Virus record (IMG/VR): IMGVR_UViG_3300005529_000001
Location: 124,001-188,000 of that record
Strand: one strand, 5' to 3'
Length of the DNA: 64,000 nt
Shown here piece after piece: positions 56,476-63,199 of the stretch; the first letter of the stretch is position 1, and each line of letters opens with the position of its first letter. The notes under the pieces are model-generated. The model ran no database searches. It had not been told where the DNA came from and saw only the letters and a list, made by a program, of their open reading frames with translations. A program made the position numbers and the translations under genes.

Positions 56476-57029
56476 GCGAACCTATGTTCCAGGATGACGA
56501 AGGGAGCGCGGCACACCGAGTCATACCTTGCTGCAGCCTCAAGGGCTAACGTGATTCGTTTCTTTGGGTCCATTTGCATGTCTCTTGTCGCGTACATTGC
56601 CCCGTTGGCAACTTGCGCGCCCACACCGATGCAACAGTAATCATCCTGAGGACAACCAACATCAAAATCTTCTTCGATGGAATAGAGCTTGCCGTTGTAT
56701 CCCACCAGCAACCCAACCGAGTGAAACTCTTCTTCGTCTTCCCTCTTCAGAGATCCTTTTTCCTTGTGCAACTCTCTGACAGCATCGATGAAGTTGATGA
56801 CCATGTAAGCCATGTCATCGTGCTTCTTGGGCTTGTCAGGTGCTTCGAAAGCGTACCGCAACAGCTGTCCCACACGGAAGCTTCCCGCAAAACCTATGAT
56901 GAAGTCACCGTTGATGAAGACTTTTTCGTCAGCCCGGCCGAGAACAGAGGTGCCTTTCGTATCGGATGCCAACGAATCAGCACCCATATAGATCACGCCG
57001 TTCTCGACCAAGCCAACGATACAGGTCAT
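56472..57029 (-). CDS. HslV/proteasome-like Ntn peptidase, paralog 1
   Basis: MTCIVG (Thr1), GADS, KVF, IGFAGS, IGVGA. Confidence 0.8.
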   Translation of the reverse strand: MTCIVGLVENGVIYMGADSLASDTKGTSVLGRADEKVFINGDFIIGFAGSFRVGQLLRYAFEAPDKPKKHDDMAYMVINFIDAVRELHKEKGSLKREDEEEFHSVGLLVGYNGKLYSIEEDFDVGCPQDDYCCIGVGAQVANGAMYATRDMQMDPKKRITLALEAAARYDSVCRAPFVILEHRFA

Positions 57030-57033
57030 GGAC

Positions 57034-57603
57034 TCAGTTCCGGTTCTTCACCACCAGCGTATCGAACGGTGGAGCACAGCCTGCGTTCTTGGTAGAAGCT
57101 TCGAGTGCCATGAGAACACGCTTCTTGGCGCCGCCCCACATTTTCTTGGTCGCTTCGAACGAACCGAGCGCCAGCTTGCTGCCGCTGCCGACAGAAGCAA
57201 ACTTCTCATCGCCTTCGACCAGCTGAAAGTTACCCTCGAGCGTGTAGAGATGGCCACGATAAGCGACCAACATCGCGCCTTCAAAGCAGATCTCACCGTT
57301 ACCGCCGAATGGGCTGTTGTCAGGACCCGCTGCGTCGAGCTTCTTGAGGCCCTCGCGGATCGCTGGAACTAGCTCGGTCACTAGGAACTGCCTATCATCG
57401 CCGCCTGCCTGGATGGGCAGCTCGATGCCATGTTTTAGCGCGTCCATGACCTTGGGCAGGCCGCAGACACCAAAGCCCACATCGCCCTTTGCAAAGATCT
57501 TGGGCTCCTTGAGCAAGGTCCTATTGAGACCGCCATCCGTGGCCGCCCGATCTCCGCCGAGCCACACCTTGTTCCCATCAACCAAACCGACTATGCAGGT
57601 CAT
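57034..57603 (-). CDS. HslV/proteasome-like Ntn peptidase, paralog 2
   Basis: MTCIVG (Thr1), GGDR, KIF, SVGSGS..ALG. Confidence 0.8.
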   Translation of the reverse strand: MTCIVGLVDGNKVWLGGDRAATDGGLNRTLLKEPKIFAKGDVGFGVCGLPKVMDALKHGIELPIQAGGDDRQFLVTELVPAIREGLKKLDAAGPDNSPFGGNGEICFEGAMLVAYRGHLYTLEGNFQLVEGDEKFASVGSGSKLALGSFEATKKMWGGAKKRVLMALEASTKNAGCAPPFDTLVVKNRN

Positions 57604-57782
57604 GACTTGTTCTCCGAGCTTGACTTCTTGGTGTCCTGTTCACCGGCAACGTACGACGACCAAGCGATCAACGTCATCGCGTTGAATGCTTCGCCAGTGT
57701 AGCCGAGTTTCTTTGCTGCCTTGATCGCTTTCGTGATCGACGAAGCGAGTGTATCACGCCAAACAGTGTTGTCTTCGCTCAT
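57600..57782 (-). CDS. hypothetical protein
   Basis: Coupled ORF between hydroxymethylase and peptidases. Confidence 0.5.
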   Translation of the reverse strand: MSEDNTVWRDTLASSITKAIKAAKKLGYTGEAFNAMTLIAWSSYVAGEQDTKKSSSENKS

Positions 57783-57785
57783 TAG

Positions 57786-58553
57786 TCATCCTTCCTTTGT
57801 GTTGTACGGCGAGTCTGGGTAGAGTTCACGGTATTGTGACTTGGATACGGCGATCTCTCCCGTCTTGGTAAAATGGTCTACCAAGTAGAAGTGTCGCTCG
57901 TAGACGTGGAGACTGCCTGCGCTCCAGTGAATGTCACCCTCAGGCAACTGGAGATCCTTGGCAAGGTTGGCAAGGACGGTATACTGCCAGGCTCGATCGT
58001 TCTTGTAACCCAGAACCGCGTCATTGGATCGCATCTGGACCACGGCATGAAGAGCACCATCACGGACTAGGTACTGTACCGCGTTGGTGCACATGAAGTC
58101 GCTCCGGCCATCGATGTTGTACTCCTCCCACATCGAGGGACGGGTGTAGATGACAACAGCCCTCCGGCTCTCCGGGTTTTTCTTGAGCTCGGCCAGCACT
58201 TTTGTGTACTGGCCACCGTTCTCTGGGCTGTAGGTCGTCCACCCGTAGTTGCTGTTGATGGTACCGTCCTTAGAAGCGACAGCTTTCCACACCGTGGGTG
58301 CCCCGCCCGGGATGTCATTGACGTTCCGGCTCTGGCTCATGTACCACATCTCCTCGCGGTGGATGTAGTCCCAGTCAACCTTGCCGAACAGGGCGTCGTC
58401 CGAAGCGATGAAGTTAGCCCCAACGATCTCAATCGTCCTCTTGCCAACCAGAGAGGTCATCGACGCTTCCCGGTTGACGCTAGTGAATTTCTCCTCGGCA
58501 AGAAGAGAAGCGAATTGGTCCCTGATCGACTGCGTTGAATTGTAGAGCGTCAT
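57786..58553 (-). CDS. dCMP hydroxymethylase (T4 gp42-like, thymidylate synthase superfamily)
   Basis: KRTIEIVGANF, INSNYGW, NPESRR..IYTRPSM, DFMCTN, MRSND..GYKND.AWQ, GSLHVYERHFYLVDH track recalled T4 gp42; Asp rather than TS Asn. Confidence 0.9.
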   Translation of the reverse strand: MTLYNSTQSIRDQFASLLAEEKFTSVNREASMTSLVGKRTIEIVGANFIASDDALFGKVDWDYIHREEMWYMSQSRNVNDIPGGAPTVWKAVASKDGTINSNYGWTTYSPENGGQYTKVLAELKKNPESRRAVVIYTRPSMWEEYNIDGRSDFMCTNAVQYLVRDGALHAVVQMRSNDAVLGYKNDRAWQYTVLANLAKDLQLPEGDIHWSAGSLHVYERHFYLVDHFTKTGEIAVSKSQYRELYPDSPYNTKEG

Positions 58554-59503
58554 TTGTTAAGCTTCATCTTTCCGACCCAATCCCAGTTGTCTTCGTACCA
58601 TTTGACGGTCCGATCCAGACCCTCCCAGAACCTGACCAGTGGGACATATCCTAACAACTGTTGTGCTTTTGTCACGTCGGCTTGGGTGTGCATGACATCG
58701 CCGGCGCGCCAGGGCGCGTTGCAGACCTGAGCACCTGGATAACGCTTGCCCAGCTCGATGATGATGTCACGGTTAGTCGTTCGGTCTCCACATGCTACGT
58801 TGATGCACTCAGCATTGAGCAAACCTGATACGTTTCCAGCCTTGACACACGCATCGACAACGTTGTCAACGTAACACATGTCGCGGCTCTGGCTGCCGTC
58901 GCCGTCGCTACGAAGAGGGATGCCCTTCTTGATCGCTGTCAACCAGGCTGACACCGCGGTTGAATACGGGCTGTCACCCAGCTGGTTGGGTCCAAAGACA
59001 TTGAAGAAACGCAAACAAACGCTGTCAAGCTTGTAAAGATCGCGGTACAAGACCAGGTAATCTTCAATGATCGACTTCTGAAGAGCATATGGTGACTTGG
59101 GGTTCTTACGCTCGTTCTCGCTGGTGGGTAGTATGTCAGCCCCACCGTATACCGACGAGCTAGACGCGAAAACGAACCGCTTGACGTTGTCCCGACAGGC
59201 ATCCATCAACGCCAACGTCCGGGACACGTTGACGTGGTTGGTTTCTAGCGGGTGCTCGACTGAGTACGACACCCTGGGAACAGCCGCCAAGTGAAAGATG
59301 ACATCGTACCTGCCCTGCTTTATCTCGTGCAATACATCAGCATGAGCAAAATCTTTCGTGATTACCGCCTGGCCATGAGGTACAAACTCCAGGTGACCGT
59401 TGGACAGATCGTCAACAGTGTCAACATCCCACCCTTCGTCCAAGCAACGCTTGACAAGGTTCGATCCGATGAAGCCCGCGCCGCCAGTGACAAGGACGTG
59501 CAT
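58550..59503 (-). CDS. NAD-dependent NDP-sugar epimerase (GalE/WbpP-like)
   Basis: GGAGFIG, FHLAA, ASSSSVYG, YALQK (YxxxK), RFFNVFGP, GDG.QSRD. Confidence 0.93.
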   Translation of the reverse strand: MHVLVTGGAGFIGSNLVKRCLDEGWDVDTVDDLSNGHLEFVPHGQAVITKDFAHADVLHEIKQGRYDVIFHLAAVPRVSYSVEHPLETNHVNVSRTLALMDACRDNVKRFVFASSSSVYGGADILPTSENERKNPKSPYALQKSIIEDYLVLYRDLYKLDSVCLRFFNVFGPNQLGDSPYSTAVSAWLTAIKKGIPLRSDGDGSQSRDMCYVDNVVDACVKAGNVSGLLNAECINVACGDRTTNRDIIIELGKRYPGAQVCNAPWRAGDVMHTQADVTKAQQLLGYVPLVRFWEGLDRTVKWYEDNWDWVGKMKLNK

Positions 59504-59509
59504 GAGCGG

Positions 59510-59515
59510 ATCATA
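59510..59515 (-). promoter_or_regulatory. -10-like TATGAT heading the epimerase-hydroxymethylase operon
   Basis: 6 nt before ATG 59503. Confidence 0.55.
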
Positions 59516-59536
59516 ACCCGCCCGCCGTCCAAAGTT

Positions 59537-60058
59537 TCAGTACCGCGTGGTGTCGACCCAAGCACCGTCGGCAGGAACCCACTGCCACGGTGGCATGTCT
59601 TCCTCTTCGCTTGGTTCACCCTCGGTTGCCATCAGAGCCCAAGGAACACCATCAACAACAATCGATGGGTCATTTTCGTCGACCGCTTCAAGGACGTAAA
59701 AGTACGTGAGATCAGCAGGAGCATCAGCAAGAGCAACAACGGCTTCAGGCACCATCTTTTCTAGCTCTTGAAGGGTGAATGCCTGCATGTGATGCAAGCC
59801 CTCAGACAACACCTTCATGGCATCGTTGACGTAATAGTCGAGGATGTCGGCTTCGACCTTGTTGGATCCTGCTTCCTGGACTGCGCTGCTCCAGCTCGTG
59901 AAGGTAGTGTCCCACCCATCACTGTCATCTGTGAACCGGCGACCGATCTTAGCCTCGACAAGACGTCGAAACTTCCGATGATCATCAATGATCATTTCTT
60001 CATTCAGTGCGCGTTCGATCTCCTCACGCACCAGGGCCCTTAGCGACTTCTCATCCAT
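59537..60058 (-). CDS. acidic protein with N-terminal leader
   Basis: MDEKSLRALVREEIERALNEE; TACTTA 6 nt upstream. Confidence 0.65.
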   Translation of the reverse strand: MDEKSLRALVREEIERALNEEMIIDDHRKFRRLVEAKIGRRFTDDSDGWDTTFTSWSSAVQEAGSNKVEADILDYYVNDAMKVLSEGLHHMQAFTLQELEKMVPEAVVALADAPADLTYFYVLEAVDENDPSIVVDGVPWALMATEGEPSEEEDMPPWQWVPADGAWVDTTRY

Positions 60059-60059
60059 G

Positions 60060-61424
60060 TCAGGTAAGTAGGCCCATCCTGCGCATGGCGGCGGGAGTTG
60101 TTGCCTCGTAGGAGCACCGCTTCCTGATGACTTCCAACAGCTTCTGGTTGATGTTGTGACGGGCATTCTCCCGTGATGGACACTGAACACGCCCAATCGA
60201 CCTGTCAAGCAAATCAACCAAATTGATGAGATTTACTTCACCCAGCACGTATTGGCTCACCCCAGCCTCCTCAGCCAGGCTCGAATACTCGTAGTTGTCG
60301 AGCCACAGTGGCATGCATCCCAACTCGACGCATTCTCGAGCAGCTGTCCCGCCATACGGATCCTTGTTATAGAGGCCCAGAGCGATGTGGGAGTTCCGTG
60401 CCACGTACTTGTACTCGTCACGGTTGAAAGTGTCATCCGTCAGCTTGACGTAGCCGTTGGCCCCACATTTCTCTTCGAGCTCAGCGTTAGAGAACTTGAA
60501 ATTTGGATTGCCACACACTACGACGTAGTCCCGTCGCCGTTGTCGCAGCTGGGGAAGGATATCGAACATGAACTTCATACCGTTGGTATAGTCGCCGCTC
60601 GACGGAGAGATCCGATTGGGGAAGAACAGGACGCACTTTCCCTCCGTCTTGGCTTTCCATTCCGCCGCAGAAAAACGGACGTTCTTCATGTCAGGTTCCA
60701 GCAACGTCTCCGCCGAGGAGTACCCGTCGTCCCAGGGCATTGACTTGGCACGAACGTCATCAACCACGTCCTGGGTGAACCACTTGCCCATGCTGTCAAA
60801 GAACTGCAACATCGCTGACTCGCACTGCCAGAAGTTGTAGTCGGCCCGGAGTGCGGCTTCACACTGGCCAAGCCACAGTGAACACTCTTGCGGGAACTTG
60901 GGGACTTCAGGCACATCTACAAAGTGGGAGTGGACGTAGAACTTGGGTTGGTAACCACCGTTGATGTGAAACATCGCCTTGAAGTTACGAAGGTGCATCG
61001 GATCATTGATGTAGACCGCGTCGTACTTCAACTCTGGGTGCTTTTTGTGATTGTGGATCCCGATGCTCAGGGAGACCTTGTTGAAGTTGAGATCGTACCT
61101 GGTCGCCAGCGCGTTTGCCATTACTTCGTGCTGGATATAGTTGAGCCGGCCCCGGTCTTCTTTGGTCGGATCGACATAACCATAGAGGCAATGCCAGTCA
61201 AGATCCGGGTTGACGATCCACGGATAATCAACGCACTGGCTAGCGTTTTCATAGTAGGTATCGAACAGCTTCGGTCCCATCACGTCGATCTGGAGATCTG
61301 GGTTGCGGCGCAACATCTCTCGCACCCGCCCCATCACCATCTGCCACCCGCTGTCGCAAGCCAGGTCAAACTTGTTGTGTTTGTAGTTGATGTTACTCAG
61401 CTGAGTCTGGACTAGCAGGCGCAT
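60060..61424 (-). CDS. GT-B-fold glycosyltransferase (candidate DNA glycosyltransferase)
   Basis: Two-domain size; FFPNRIS..DYTNG, YGG.AARE.VELGC.PL; start MRLLVQ after GGAAAGG. Confidence 0.7.
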   Translation of the reverse strand: MRLLVQTQLSNINYKHNKFDLACDSGWQMVMGRVREMLRRNPDLQIDVMGPKLFDTYYENASQCVDYPWIVNPDLDWHCLYGYVDPTKEDRGRLNYIQHEVMANALATRYDLNFNKVSLSIGIHNHKKHPELKYDAVYINDPMHLRNFKAMFHINGGYQPKFYVHSHFVDVPEVPKFPQECSLWLGQCEAALRADYNFWQCESAMLQFFDSMGKWFTQDVVDDVRAKSMPWDDGYSSAETLLEPDMKNVRFSAAEWKAKTEGKCVLFFPNRISPSSGDYTNGMKFMFDILPQLRQRRRDYVVVCGNPNFKFSNAELEEKCGANGYVKLTDDTFNRDEYKYVARNSHIALGLYNKDPYGGTAARECVELGCMPLWLDNYEYSSLAEEAGVSQYVLGEVNLINLVDLLDRSIGRVQCPSRENARHNINQKLLEVIRKRCSYEATTPAAMRRMGLLT

Positions 61425-61761
61425 GCTTGAACCTTTCCCTGATGTCGGCGTGGTGTTCATCGCAGTGTGCACGTGCCTGCTCAAAAAGCGCAACTAGGAT
61501 GCGACGCAGTTTCCTGTTGTCGTCGAAAGTCAGGTCTTCAATGATTTCCCTGGCGCAGTGCTCAGCCCACTTCTCCTTGTTGAACGTGACCTCACCGTAC
61601 TGATCATCGATCACCCATGACCCGGGCGCTGCGGCTTTTGACCTGAACTTGGTCTTGAAGGTGATGTGACCGCTCGACCAATCCTCGAAGCCAGGAACGC
61701 ACTCCTTTCGAGCGTCGAGCATGTGGAACTCGACGCCCATGATGAAAGCGCTCTTGCTCAT
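61393..61761 (-). CDS. hypothetical protein
   Basis: ATGA overlap with exonuclease stop. Confidence 0.55.
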   Translation of the reverse strand: MSKSAFIMGVEFHMLDARKECVPGFEDWSSGHITFKTKFRSKAAAPGSWVIDDQYGEVTFNKEKWAEHCAREIIEDLTFDDNRKLRRILVALFEQARAHCDEHHADIRERFKHAPASPDSAE

Positions 61762-62321
61762 GTCGTGCTTCGCTTCAGGTTCTGTCTCAGCCACTCGGTA
61801 CACTCCTTACCATGTGCGATGCTCTCGAGAACGTCGTCTTGGGCACGGTGCGCTTGGGCTTTCTTGAGCTGCGGCATTCCCATCGACCGGCAGTACAGTT
61901 TCAGCACCGAGACGTCATAGCACCTGACATCGTTCTCACGGAACTCGAACCGCGTTGCTACCCTAGGCATGTGGACTTTCATGAACTTGTAATCAAAACG
62001 GATGCTAGATCCTCCCATGACGGGTCGTTCGTCTGGGTCACCAACAAGCGGGACAACACGAAGGAGGTCTTCCTCAACGTCCCGTACCTGTTTCGCAAGC
62101 CACGACGAACAGTCAGCAAGCAGACCGTTCTTGGTGTGCATCTCCAAGACGATCGGTCTCAGATCAGATGGAATCCACGGGGCCAACGGCATCACTGCAT
62201 GGTACACGGGCCTGGCGTTGAAGGGGTCGTTGAAGTCCGCGACGGACACCGCGAGCTCCAACGGCTTGTCTTTGTCAGGATCGATGCCCGTTGACTCAAA
62301 GTCAAGCCAGAAGATCTTCAT
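61758..62321 (-). CDS. DEDDh 3'-5' exonuclease (oligoribonuclease-like)
   Basis: WLDFESTG, EMH.KNGL, GSSI.FD..F, DVS, HRA.DD..ES. Confidence 0.9.
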   Translation of the reverse strand: MKIFWLDFESTGIDPDKDKPLELAVSVADFNDPFNARPVYHAVMPLAPWIPSDLRPIVLEMHTKNGLLADCSSWLAKQVRDVEEDLLRVVPLVGDPDERPVMGGSSIRFDYKFMKVHMPRVATRFEFRENDVRCYDVSVLKLYCRSMGMPQLKKAQAHRAQDDVLESIAHGKECTEWLRQNLKRSTT

Positions 62322-62602
62322 GCGTTTCTCAGCGCAGCTGTCAGCAAACCGATCAATGGTCGCAACGTTTGTCCCGTACGCGCTGCCTCTTTCCCACCGC
62401 GACTGAGCAGCGCATCTAAGGATAACGCCATTGCTCGAGCTTCATCGTGGTCGAGCTCAATGGTGACTGTCTTCGCCAACCGCTTGGGATCAGTCTTAGC
62501 GTTCTCCCAGATGCCCAAGCAAGTGGGACACCCATCGGGATACTTCGCTGTCTTCATCGGCATCCGACGTGCCTGGTACTTCGGGTGTTCTTTGCACTTC
62601 AT
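62318..62602 (-). CDS. hypothetical protein
   Basis: C..H...C..C; operon-coupled. Confidence 0.55.
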   Translation of the reverse strand: MKCKEHPKYQARRMPMKTAKYPDGCPTCLGIWENAKTDPKRLAKTVTIELDHDEARAMALSLDALLSRGGKEAARTGQTLRPLIGLLTAALRNA

Positions 62603-63153
62603 CAGACCACCCTGTAGATGAAATAATGAACGTCATCGAGCTCACGTTGGAGGTTCTCATCGTCAACGTTGAGCTTCAGGAGCTTGCATTTGGTCCATGA
62701 CGCAAAGTCCATGTACGCATCATGGATCTGCTGGAGCGTCTCCCCCTTGACGGTTGGGTCAAGATCATCAACGATCTTTGAGTAATCTGTACGGCAAGCA
62801 AGGATGATGCGAGCGTCGAGCTTGGCCCACTCTTCGTCGAGATGCCTCAGCATCCTGTCGTCAGTCACCCGGCCGAACGTCTTGCTGTAAGCATACTCGC
62901 ATGGGTAACCACGATCGAAGATGACAGACTGGCCTGTTTGTTTGAGCAGGTCCATAACCCGGGGGTCAGCATACCGCAGCTGTTCTAGGAACAGCTCACG
63001 TTTCGAGACCCGGCTTGACAAGAAAGCATCGTGCTCGCTCGACGCCTTGAAGTAAGGGATGTCGGTGACCCTGGAGAGGGCCTTGCTTATCTCTGTTTTC
63101 CCAGACATGTCGGGCCCAACGAAGAAAACGATGCGTTGCCGTCCCACGTACAT
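62602..63153 (-). CDS. P-loop nucleoside-monophosphate kinase (thymidylate/dNMP kinase-like)
   Basis: GPDMSGKT, FDR..P.EY.Y. Confidence 0.8.
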   Translation of the reverse strand: MYVGRQRIVFFVGPDMSGKTEISKALSRVTDIPYFKASSEHDAFLSSRVSKRELFLEQLRYADPRVMDLLKQTGQSVIFDRGYPCEYAYSKTFGRVTDDRMLRHLDEEWAKLDARIILACRTDYSKIVDDLDPTVKGETLQQIHDAYMDFASWTKCKLLKLNVDDENLQRELDDVHYFIYRVV

Positions 63154-63159
63154 GGCTCT

Positions 63160-63165
63160 ATCCTA
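63160..63165 (-). promoter_or_regulatory. -10-like TAGGAT heading the kinase-exonuclease-GT operon
   Basis: 6 nt before ATG 63153. Confidence 0.55.
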
Positions 63166-63186
63166 ACCTACCGCCCTGCAAATCGA

Positions 63187-63192
63187 TACTTA
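63187..63192 (+). promoter_or_regulatory. putative late-type element TACTTA
   Basis: 7 nt before ATG 63200. Confidence 0.5.
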
Positions 63193-63199
63193 GAGAGTC

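Noticed and set aside
57786-58553. Ordinary thymidylate synthase (thyA)
   Set aside because: It has Asp in the YKND motif where TS has the dUMP-selecting Asn, and its motifs follow T4 gp42 end to end
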